Source of the DNA: Vitrella brassicaformis CCMP3155
Taxonomy: Eukaryota > Protista > Chromerida
NCBI GenBank assembly: GCA_001179505.1
Contig: CDMY01000954.1
Coordinates: 124,001 to 188,000 of the forward strand
DNA: 64,000 bases
Direction of reading: 5' to 3'
Under the pieces are notes generated by a model. It did no database searches. It saw nothing but the letters and a program-made list of their open reading frames with translations, and was not told where the DNA came from. Of the stretch, positions 42,801 through 54,000 are shown in pieces. The stretch's first letter is position 1. Each line of letters begins with the position of its first letter. A program made the translations under genes and the position numbers.

Positions 42801-44936
42801 CGTGAGTGACGTGTAGCCTAGCCCCAGCCACGTGACGTGAATGTGTGAACGAACGGACGCACCGACACGCTGGTGCGTGTGGATGAATGGATGGATGGGT
42901 ACGTACCTGTACCAGTTGAGGTGTTCAGGTTCCTCGAGAATGCAGACGTCGGCCTCCTCGTCGGGGATCAGCTGAGTTATGTCGCCCATCGGGAATATAC
43001 TACCGAACTCGCTGTGATACTGCATATAATATACAGCCACAGACACCCACAGACAGAACGACGAAACCAACGAATGAATACGACCAGATAGCTTAACATA
43101 GTCCATCTGTCTGCGTGTTGGCCTGGCTCCCCTCCCGTTCATCCCTCCCACCCTGCTGCGGTAGAACTTGATCTGCAGCTCTTCGGCCTCCTCAGCCATG
43201 CCCGCACTCTCAGACAGCCACTCCTTCACATACCTATAGATAGCACCAACACAACACACGCAGGTCAGTCAGGTGATGGGTTGGCTGTCATGTGATTGAT
43301 GTCTCTGTAGCTATCTATCTAGTATCTATCTGGTGGAGGGAGGCTGTTATGTTGCTCACCCACCTGGCCTGTTCGTCCTGTGTCTTGAATCGTTTGCCCT
43401 TTGGGAAGACGATGCCCTGCTGGTCCTCCTCCAGCCACGGCAGCAGCAACGTCACATACCTACACACACACACACACGTTTGCCCCTGTACACATACGGC
43501 CACACTCGCCCCTTCCCTGTCTGTCTGTGCATATGCACTATACTTGGAGGGTCTCCCCCTAGTGAGGTATGCTGCCCTGAGCAGTGGGTTGACGGCCGTG
43601 CCGGTGCGCCACGGGAGGCTGGCCGTCGTCACCACACATATCCGCCGGTTGGGGCTCGACATGTCGCTGCTCGGCGCTATCTCGCCCGTCCACAGCACCG
43701 TATCTGCATCGCAGCCGTCCAGTCCACACATTCAATGAATGAAATGAACAGCTGTCGTCTGAGGATATGCCTACCAGAGGTCCCCTCAGTGCCCATCTCC
43801 TCCAGCCACGGCAGCAGCGGTCCGGCCGAGAGGGTCGCCGGCCGCCTGGCGTCGTTGAGTGCCGTGGACAGGAGCTCGTTGAAGAGGGTGGCGATGCTCC
43901 GCGTGCTCATGTTTTTACTCCCGCCGCCCTCCCGCGACAGCCAGTCGAACTCAATCTTGCCCCACTGGTCGTTTGTCGCGGTGCTGCTGATGTTCCACAG
44001 GTCGCCGTATTGCTCTCCCAGCAGCGTAGCCATGAAGGTGTTGGGCCCGATGAAGCTCTGTGTGAGTGACTCCCACGTGAGGTTGGGCAGCAGCTCGCTG
44101 CCGTCCATCTCCCCGGTGAGCAGGGGGCGGGAGAACAAAGTGGGTGGCGACGGGGTGTAGGTGGCGTTGCCTGCCCTGGCCCTGTCCTGTCGCGACTTGT
44201 CGAAGCCATGGGAGAGGAAGGTGATGGCGTCGCTGATTGCCCACACGTCGTCGCCCGAGTCGCCCTTCCGCGCCTTACTCACCGACCAGTTGCCCGCCAG
44301 TCGCTCAAACAAGTCGTCCCCGCGCCGCCCGCTGCGTTGGTCGTCGGGGCTCATGACGGCATTTAGCAGGGTGGTCATGCCCTGCAGGCTCACGTCGCTG
44401 AAGTTGAACCGAGAGACCAACGACACGCCCGTGTTGTTCTGCGTCGGCTCCACCGAAAAGCGGAACTTGACCAGGTCGGCATCGTTGGTGGTCGAGGGGG
44501 AGGAAGACGTGGACGTGGAGGGAGCTGTCGAATCAGGATGGTCACTAACATGGTGAGAAGACGGCTGATGGTCGCCCCTCCTGCTTGCGTGTAGCGGCAC
44601 TCCCGGCCGGCTGTGGCTGTGGCTGGTCAGAGGGAGATGTTTGGACAAGGCATTTGACCTCCTGCCCCTCCTGGTGGCCGTGTCTTGGTCCTGCTTGCAC
44701 AGCAGCGCCCTCTTGCTGCTCCTGGCCAGACGCGGCTTGGTCAGGAACTTGAGCACGCTCTTGCGCATCGTGGCCGTCGTGCGCCGACTGGGCGGGGAGG
44801 AGGGTGATGTGGACGTGCCGTCGCCCCACGTGACGAACACGGGATGGTCGTGTCGTGCGGTGTGGGTGTGGGCGGCACGCGCTAAGGCCATGAATAGGGT
44901 TGAGACGAGGGGAAGGCGGACGGGGAATGCTGCCAT
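39890..44936 (-). CDS. DGD: Digalactosyldiacylglycerol synthase (GT4 family) with long N- and C-terminal extensions
   Basis: [126 protein letters not shown] and [10 protein letters not shown]. Hydrophobic N-terminus [19 protein letters not shown]. Confidence 0.92.
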
Positions 44937-45151
44937 CGTCGATGACTCATAAAGCATCTCCCGGTGTCTTCATGAAGTCATGACCTCTCTGATCCGCACG
45001 GCAGATCAGCGTTGTCGTCTTGTTGCTCTTGTCTTGTTTTCGCCGGGGTTCCCTGCTCGCGGTTGCTCCACCAACAAAACTGCCACAAAAGATCTGCAAG
45101 AGGCTCCCGCGTCTGCGAGCTTAGCTGCGAGCTCAGAGTTGCAGATCTCCC

Positions 45152-45653
45152 CAGAACTGACTTGCTCGTATCTGCCGTGAGCCTTACTGGGCAATCAATC
45201 ACCCGCCCTCCCATTGAGGATGAGCCTCATATTTTTGCATCCTGTCCATTGTATCGCTCTCTGCGGGACACTCTGCACACAATTGTCGGCCGGCATGGCG
45301 TGACTGCCCCTGATGCCTCTAGTTATCGTCTGTGGCGCAGGTCACATCCAATTGTGTTCACTTATTGTGTGCTGCAATCGGACAAACTGCCGGTGCTTTC
45401 TGCAGCGGCCGACTTTCTTCTGTCAGCACAGGCGACACGCACTGAGGGGCTTGCCCTCAACCCATTTTTGCCAGACAGTCAGGCAGGGGAAGACGACGAG
45501 CTGCTGTACGAACAGCATATCTTAGATCAGTGGGCGCTCGACGTCGAGCTCTCTGACTAGCCTCTGGGTGTCTTGCCTATGTCTGGCTGTCATTCTCATA
45601 TACCTGCAACCGTTGTCGACAGCGATTTTCTGACCATCATAGGGTGGCACGTG
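45152..45653 (+). mobile_element. 5'-truncated 3' end of a non-LTR retrotransposon (copy 1)
   Basis: Near-identical to 46351-46852 (offset 1199; C/T difference in cagaa[c/t]tgac). Homology starts abruptly at 45152. Encodes IEDEPHIFASCPLYRSLR, the HC half of the CCHC knuckle. Confidence 0.75.
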
Positions 45654-45953
45654 NNNNNNNNNNNNNNNNNNNNNNNNNNNNNNNNNNNNNNNNNNNNNNN
45701 NNNNNNNNNNNNNNNNNNNNNNNNNNNNNNNNNNNNNNNNNNNNNNNNNNNNNNNNNNNNNNNNNNNNNNNNNNNNNNNNNNNNNNNNNNNNNNNNNNNN
45801 NNNNNNNNNNNNNNNNNNNNNNNNNNNNNNNNNNNNNNNNNNNNNNNNNNNNNNNNNNNNNNNNNNNNNNNNNNNNNNNNNNNNNNNNNNNNNNNNNNNN
45901 NNNNNNNNNNNNNNNNNNNNNNNNNNNNNNNNNNNNNNNNNNNNNNNNNNNNN
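45654..45953. other. Assembly gap (300 N)
   Basis: Run of N. Confidence 0.99.
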
Positions 45954-46852
45954 GTGGTCAGACAGCTGTTACTCGTAGAGCCCTCTTTCAGGCACGCAAG
46001 GAGCTGTTCGTGCCATCCTCTCTGTTCAATCATGCCTTTCCTCTAGCATTTCCTCGCCTACATCGTTCTTTTCCGTCTCCCTTACGTGACTGCCCGTGTG
46101 ACATGGACTCGATTGTGTGTATGGCGCCATATGTGCCTGCTGCTGCGTATATACATGTGGTGCAGCAAGGGCAAGACTGGCTCCATCGCCTCATTCAGCC
46201 GTTGCCGTGCTTTCCTTCCTACCCGTCACTGCCCTTTCGTAAGCGCCGTGTTCTGTTTCTTTTTCGTGTGGGCTGCTACCCTTCTGCCATCATGGATGGA
46301 CGCATCCTCGGCCGGCCGCGAGAGGGTAGCGTCTGCCCGTTTTGCTCGCACAGAATTGACTTGCTCGTATCTGCCGTGAGCCTTACTGGGCAATCAATCA
46401 CCCGCCCTCCCATTGAGGATGAGCCTCATATTTTTGCATCCTGTCCATTGTATCGCTCTCTGCGGGACACTCTGCACACAATTGTCGGCCGGCATGGCGT
46501 GACTGCCCCTGATGCCTCTAGTTATCGTCTGTGGCGCAGGTCACATCCAATTGTGTTCACTTATTGTGTGCTGCAATCGGACAAACTGCCGGTGCTTTCT
46601 GCAGCGGCCGACTTTCTTCTGTCAGCACAGGCGACACGCACTGAGGGGCTTGCCCTCAACCCATTTTTGCCAGACAGTCAGGCAGGGGAAGACGACGAGC
46701 TGCTGTACGAACAGCATATCTTAGATCAGTGGGCGCTCGACGTCGAGCTCTCTGACTAGCCTCTGGGTGTCTTGCCTATGTCTGGCTGTCATTCTCATAT
46801 ACCTGCAACCGTTGTCGACAGCGATTTTCTGACCATCATAGGGTGGCACGTG
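45954..46852 (+). mobile_element. 3' portion of a non-LTR retrotransposon ORF with C-terminal CCHC region (copy 2)
   Basis: Intron-less open frame to 46759: RVLFLFRVGCYPSAIMDGRILGRPREGSVCPFCS...IEDEPHIFASCPLYRSLR matches the LINE ORF2 C-terminal pattern FRxG...GR...RxxxxCxxC...EDExH...CxxYxxxR. Composition is less GC-rich and microsatellite-free. RT and endonuclease are not visible. Confidence 0.8.
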
Positions 46853-47406
46853 CGTGTCGAGTGGGTGGGTGGGATGGGGAGACAGGCCGTGTGCATGCTT
46901 CTATGCATGTGCATGCTGCTAGTTTAGTGCGTGACCTGGACAGGATCCCCTCGGGGTTACAGACACGAGTCTCGTTAAACACAATAACCAACCAACCAAA
47001 CCGCCTGATCTGTGAGTCCATAGCCGCATTATTGCGAGGATGGTCGATGGAAGGGCACTTGCTTCTTCTCTTGACTATCCTCGGCATCGCCCCGGCCCTC
47101 CACGCCGCCCCAGACGACGACAGCCGCAAGTGGGCGGTGCTGCACCGGAGCGGCCTGTTCAGGCACGAGCACATCACGCGCCCAAGCGGCGGCCTGGACT
47201 TCGCATTCTCCCTCTTCCAAGACACCGCCCTCATCCATGAGTGCCAGATCTGCCAACACGATGCCCCGGCCCTGCTGCGATTCATTTCCGACGCCGGACT
47301 GTTCCCCGCCATGGGCGACGGCACGGCAGCTACGCTGGGAAACAACGTCTGTGAGGCCCCGTTCGTCATTTGCATGAGGGATGGCAAGCAGCGGGAGGGC
47401 TACGTG
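46698..47406 (+). repeat. 709-nt direct duplicate of 47707-48415 (LINE tail plus 5' end of the LRR gene, ATG at 47047), cut by a gap
   Basis: Offset 1009. The only difference I saw is A46718 versus G47727. Probably contig-end overlap or a haplotype. Confidence 0.9.
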
Positions 47407-47706
47407 NNNNNNNNNNNNNNNNNNNNNNNNNNNNNNNNNNNNNNNNNNNNNNNNNNNNNNNNNNNNNNNNNNNNNNNNNNNNNNNNNNNNNNNNNNNNNN
47501 NNNNNNNNNNNNNNNNNNNNNNNNNNNNNNNNNNNNNNNNNNNNNNNNNNNNNNNNNNNNNNNNNNNNNNNNNNNNNNNNNNNNNNNNNNNNNNNNNNNN
47601 NNNNNNNNNNNNNNNNNNNNNNNNNNNNNNNNNNNNNNNNNNNNNNNNNNNNNNNNNNNNNNNNNNNNNNNNNNNNNNNNNNNNNNNNNNNNNNNNNNNN
47701 NNNNNN
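47407..47706. other. Assembly gap (300 N)
   Basis: Run of N. Confidence 0.99.
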
Positions 47707-47861
47707 AGCTGCTGTACGAACAGCATGTCTTAGATCAGTGGGCGCTCGACGTCGAGCTCTCTGACTAGCCTCTGGGTGTCTTGCCTATGTCTGGCTGTCA
47801 TTCTCATATACCTGCAACCGTTGTCGACAGCGATTTTCTGACCATCATAGGGTGGCACGTG
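47707..47861 (+). mobile_element. LINE 3' tail (copy 3) directly upstream of the LRR gene
   Basis: Same sequence as 46698-46852 (LLYEQHVLDQWALDVELSD* plus 3' UTR). Confidence 0.7.
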
Positions 47862-48055
47862 CGTGTCGAGTGGGTGGGTGGGATGGGGAGACAGGCCGTG
47901 TGCATGCTTCTATGCATGTGCATGCTGCTAGTTTAGTGCGTGACCTGGACAGGATCCCCTCGGGGTTACAGACACGAGTCTCGTTAAACACAATAACCAA
48001 CCAACCAAACCGCCTGATCTGTGAGTCCATAGCCGCATTATTGCGAGGATGGTCG

Positions 48056-51000
48056 ATGGAAGGGCACTTGCTTCTTCTCTTGACTATCCTCGGCATCGCC
48101 CCGGCCCTCCACGCCGCCCCAGACGACGACAGCCGCAAGTGGGCGGTGCTGCACCGGAGCGGCCTGTTCAGGCACGAGCACATCACGCGCCCAAGCGGCG
48201 GCCTGGACTTCGCATTCTCCCTCTTCCAAGACACCGCCCTCATCCATGAGTGCCAGATCTGCCAACACGATGCCCCGGCCCTGCTGCGATTCATTTCCGA
48301 CGCCGGACTGTTCCCCGCCATGGGCGACGGCACGGCAGCTACGCTGGGAAACAACGTCTGTGAGGCCCCGTTCGTCATTTGCATGAGGGATGGCAAGCAG
48401 CGGGAGGGCTACGTGTTGTCGATTGTGGGGTCGACAGAGTTCCGCGACGTGTCTGGTGTCCCTGAGTGGCTGAGGCAGCGCACCGACCGCCGGCTGCCGC
48501 TGCCCGCAGCGCTGTATGAGCTGAGGGCTGTGTGGGTGCTATGGCTGAAGGAGGTGCCTTTCGCTGGCCATCTCGACGACCGGATCGGCAACATGACCTC
48601 CCTGCAAGCCATCGACCTCGACCTGGTCAGCTTAGGCAAGAGAGAGAAAGTGCCAGACTGGCCCCCATGCGCTTCCCGTGATTGACTGATTGGTGTTCTG
48701 AATGTGATGTGCGTGCAGACGGACCTCTCTGGCCCGGTGCCTGCGTCGATCGGCTCCCTTGATTCGTTGCGGGCTCTGCACCTGCGCGGCCAGCCATACG
48801 CGGACGCACCGTCTTTCGAGGGCTCTCTGCCCCCATCCATTCTGTCGCTGTCGAACCTGGAGCTGCTCGTGCTGTCACGCACACGTCTACATGGCTTCCT
48901 GCCCGCCGACATCGGCCGTCTACAGAAGCTGCGGATCCTGTCGATAGAGCAGTCGGGCCTGCTGGCGATGGACGGCGTGCTGCCGGCGAGTGTGGCCGAG
49001 TGCCGGAACCTGACCTACCTGAAGCTGCAAGACATGATGATCGAGGGTGACTTGCCGGAGCATTTGGCCAATCTGACCCAGCTGCAGGTGCTCAACCTCG
49101 CCAAGAACCGCCTGACGGGCCCGCTGCCGAGGTTTCTGCTGGGGTTGCGCGAGCTGCGGCAGCTGCTGTTTTACAAGAATCGGCTGGAAGGGGAGCTGCC
49201 GGAGGGGCTGGGGTCGACCACACCGCACCTGCTGTACCTCTCACTATATGACAACAGGGTAGGTGAGGCAGACAGGCAGGCAGACAGGCAGGCACTCAGG
49301 GACGTAGTGGCTGCCACGCACTTTCCTGCCTGTCCCTGTGGACCGTGTCAGCTCTACGGTCGGCTTCCCTCGTCTCTCGGGTTGATGCCAGACTTGCGCA
49401 GGCTAGACGTCTACCGCCAGGCGGGTCCGGGCATGTCGGGCCCCATCCCGCCGTCCCTCGGCAACTGCACCAGTCTCCGCACCCTCACACTCCACCGCAA
49501 CCGGTTCGAGGGCCCGCTACCAGAGTCCTTCTCACAGCTCAGGTTGCTGGAGCTCCTCAAGATCGAGAGGAACGACTTCAACGGTACACTCGCACCTTTG
49601 GCTCCCCTGAACCGGCTGCAGCACCTGACATTCGGCCGGAACGGCTTCGAGGGCGCGATGCCGGCGGAGATGGGCCTCTTCACCGACCTGCAGGAGCTCG
49701 ATGGGCGGGACAACAAGCTGACGGCGCTGCCGCCGTCGGTCAGTGGATGGACGCGGCTGAAAGTGCTCAACTTGGACGATAACCAGATTGAGGGCATCGC
49801 ACCGTCCTTCAGGGGGGCACTGTCGCTGCACACTCTCCTGCTCAAAGGCAACCTCATCGAGGGATTCGCAGACAACGGCACCATGCCGGACAGGTATGTA
49901 TGTCTACCTCGGCAGGCACATAGCACAAACACGGACCCATGCGTGTGGTTTGTGTGTTGACTGACTGACAGGCTTGAGAAGCTGAATCTGGCGTCGAATG
50001 CGTTGCGTGCTGTGCCTGAGGGAATGCACACCATGCCGGCATTGGAGGTGCTGAACATGGCTGACAACAAGATCGACAGCGAGGGCTGGCCAAAGTGGGG
50101 ACGGACGCCGCCCAACGGATGCTCGCGAGAGAAAGGTACGTACGTCGGCGATGGGATGGGAGTGGCGAGCCGGACTACAGCTTACTGCACGATTTGCATC
50201 GCGTGTCTGTGTTGTGTGTTCAGTGTCGCCACGCACCGCCCGCGCACTCTTGACCCTCCCTGCGGGGCCCAACTGGCCTGTCCTGCGATGGGTGAGGGAC
50301 AAAGACACCGATCATTGGCATGAGAGAGAGAGATGTACACACCTGCTTGTTTCCATCCACTTCCTTTTTTCAGATCAAATTGTCGGGCAATCCTCTCGTT
50401 GTGGACATCATGGACTTCCTGCAGCCCTTCAGGAACCTGACCAACCTGATGTCCATCCGATGCGACGGCTGTCAGCTGTCGGGCGCGCTCGACTGCGAGT
50501 CCCTCTCCTACTACGACAGGACCGCCCTGGAGCGATACGCCAGCATCGAACACACGTCTATAGCATCCCACCCAGAGGCGCGAGACGGCTTCAAGGCACT
50601 CACGCGGCTGTACCTGGCCAACAACTCCCTCACGGATTTGCATCGCTTCGACTTGGACAACCTGGTTGTGGCCGATTTCCACGCCAATGGGCTGCGTCAC
50701 GTGCACGAGGGCTGGCTCAAGAAGGTGGACATCAACCTACTGGCCAACCCGGACCTCAGCCTGGCGCAATACATACCACAGAGGCTCGTCGATCAGATAG
50801 AGGTGTGCTCGTGAGTGAGAGGCAGCGGAATCGACGGCGAGGGGTCATTTTGATCCGGTTTGTGCGTGCGTGTGTGTATATCAGGACTGTGGGCAGGTGA
50901 AGCAGCTTGGGTCCATCAGCAGGGCGGCGCTCATTCCCAATCCCGCGGCCTACGTGCAGCAGCAGGGCGGCCAAGACCCGGCCATCCCCGACCACGAGTG

Positions 51001-54000
51001 CACCATTTTCTGCAACACATGGGTGCGAGTCAACGCCAGCGTGTCAGAGGAACATCTTTGCCGGTCAGTGAGTCGGAGGGGTAGGGACAGCCCCCCAAAG
51101 AGCACGAGAGCGGAAAGCAGCTCTGTCAGTCAATGTGCGCGTCTCGTCTTCTGGTCAGTTGTCTGCCTGGGTGGCACGGCGTGGGCCGGTCGTGTGGCTT
51201 GTGTCCCGCCATGACCTTCTCCAACCCAGATGTGGGCACCAGAACTTGCACACGATGCCCTGACGGCGCAGGTACGTACGGCCGAAACACGACCGACAAA
51301 TGGGGTCGGGTCGTATACGCTGCATGCACTGATGTATATATTGTTTGTTGTGTGTTTGTGGCTGGCTAGAATCGATTGAGGGCGCGGAGAGCTGCCACTG
51401 CCGGCTGGGGTACGAGCTGACCAAAGATGGCACCTGCGTCCCATGCACCTCTGGTGAGTCAGCCAAGCAAGGCAAGATACATACGAATGTGAGAAGGTCA
51501 GTCAGTGTCTGTCTCATGGACCCCTTCTGTCTGTCGGGCACTGCACTGCCTTACTTGTAGGTTACTTCGGTGTCCGCAAGCGGGGCGGCATGGCGGTGTG
51601 CGAGCGCTGCGGTGCCCGCTTCTTCATGTCGGCCAACGCCACTACCGAGAGGAGCGAGTGCTACTGCATGGCCAACTACATCCTCAACAAGGAGTCGGAC
51701 TCGTGCGACGACTGTGCCACAGCGGCCCCAGGCATCGACTGCCGCCATGAGACCAAGATGCGACCCATCGCCTCGCCCGGCAAGTACCAGCTGACGGTGC
51801 GGCTGCCCTGGCAGCAGGTGCCCTTCAAGTTCATCAACATGACGGCTCTGCCTGACGAGGAGCAGCTGGTGGAGATGAACTCCTACGAGGCCAACGTGAC
51901 GGCGTTGCCCGTGGCCGTCGACTGCCGGTTTAAGGATGCTTGCCACGGCACCGACATGACCACCGGGCTGAACCGGTGTCGAGAGGGCCACGAGGGATTT
52001 GCGTGTGGGATTTGCAAGGCTGGGTATGCCCGGCACAACGAGTTCCAGCAGTGCAACGCCTGTCCGTCGCTTGCATCTAACGTCGGCCTCAACATCGTCC
52101 TTTTTGTGCTCGCACTGGCCGCCATCGGGGGGCTCACCATGCTGGCAAAGAGGTGAGTGAGCAATGACTCTCACACAGTGGCCGTCGTCTGGCTGACTCT
52201 CTATTTCTCTGTCTGTCTGTCTGTCTGTGTGCCACTCACAGGGCGTCGGCTCTGTCCCGTGCCAACATCACAACGATGCTGATCAAGATCGGCATGAACC
52301 ACTGCACCTCCCTCAGCGGCGTGGCGCTCGTCGGCTACCACCAGGCCTACGACTGGCCACATTGGCTCGCCTCCTCGTTCCACCAGGTCTTCGTCTATGA
52401 CGGTGGCATTCCGCTTCAGGCATACACGGCCTGGGAGTGCCTTCTCCGCCCGTCATTCGGCGAGATGGCCGGCGTGTGGCGACACGCGGTCTGGATCGGG
52501 CTGCCACTCATGTGGCTCTTCGTCCTGCCGCTGCTGGGGGCGGGCTCGCGGTGCATCATTGAGGCCATCCTGGCATGGGTGCGAGGGAGGAGAAAGAGCA
52601 ACGCGGCCGCCGCCAAGTCAGATGATCCATGTGAAGATGACGCCGATGAGAAGTCAACGGCCAGTGACTCCCCTGTGGATGCGCCTCGCGTCGAGAACAA
52701 CCGCGGCTTGTCGTCGCGGCAGTCGACGGACGTGACGATCGACATGGGCACTGCCGACGACGGCGTCCCGTGGACGACCAGCGAGGTCACCACTGCCCTG
52801 CCGGACGCAGAGGCACCGACAAGAGGAGCCAACGACATGGCCAGACCAGGAGCGGAGAGTGGTGGTGGTGGTGGTGGTAGTGGTGGAGGGAGGCGGCAGG
52901 CCAGCAAGTGCTCACTGTGGCGTTTCCTGGACACGCGTGCGCCCTTTCTGATCGTCACTTTGACGCTGATCCACCCGACGGTGACGCGCAACATGCTGGT
53001 GCTTCTCCGCTGCCAGTCGTACCCCTATGTGCCGGAGAAGTATACGCGCGACGACTACCCCCTGCATGAACACGCCAAGCCCGTCAGCTCTCATCGGCTG
53101 CTGCTGAATCCCAACCTGCTGTGCTGGCGACTTGGATCCCAGCACGGGACCTTTCTGGTCATGGGCGTCGTGGGACTAGCTGTGTGGAGCCTGGCGCCGG
53201 TAGCGATCGGCCTGGTGTTGCTGTGGAGGGCACACGGGGAGCTGCATCGACCGACCTACAGGGAGAGATACGGATTCCTTTACAAGTGAGTACTGGCCGG
53301 ATGGGCTGGCTGGTAGGATCGCGTCAGGGCATCCTGTGTGCTTGTATGTGTGTTTGTGTATGGGTGCGTGTGTATGTGGTGCAGTGGGTACCGTCGATTC
53401 TACTTCTACTGGGACGGAATCTTCGCCTTCCGTCGCCTGTTCGTGCTGGTCATCGCCCATTCGTTGGTGGGTCAGGCCCTGCTGCAGTTGGTGGGCTGGA
53501 GCGTCATAGCGGTGCTGTCGCTGATCATCCAGTACGCCGTCCAGCCCTTCGACTACCGATACCTCAACGTTCTCAACAGAATGGAGAAACAGTCGCTGGT
53601 CGTCTGGATCTTCTCCCTGATTTTGATCCTGTTCGTGGTCGTGTTGGGGACCGTCTTTTCGGGTAGCGTTAAGCACCTGATCAGCATCGTCCTGGTCTCG
53701 GCGGCAGCGTTGATCAACATCTGCCACCTCTGCCACCTCCTGCTGCTCATCATCCACCACGGCGTCACACAGGCCACCTACAAATATGCCGTGCAGAAGG
53801 AGGAGTCCGGCAAAGGTCAGCCAGCACAACCCGGCGGCCCTTCGTGTCATCGATATCCATGCATATTTTCTCTCTGTCTGCCGTGTTTGTAGGGTGGATC
53901 AGCAAGCTGATCCTGGCGTACATGGCTCCGTTGGCGTCATGGCAGCTGCAGCGAGAAAATGCTCGCCGCAAGGCGCTCCCCAAGGTCTTCTTCTCGCCTG

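Noticed and set aside
36635-44936. LHC and DGD adjacency as a plastid gene cluster; MCM2 and the WH gene as a replication cluster
   Set aside because: Plastid-targeted genes are common in an algal genome, LHC and DGD are convergent, and MCM2 and the WH gene are 55 kb apart. No evidence of co-regulation.
47047-47406. Second LRR receptor paralog
   Set aside because: Identical to 48056-48415 and ends at a placeholder gap; most simply a contig overlap.
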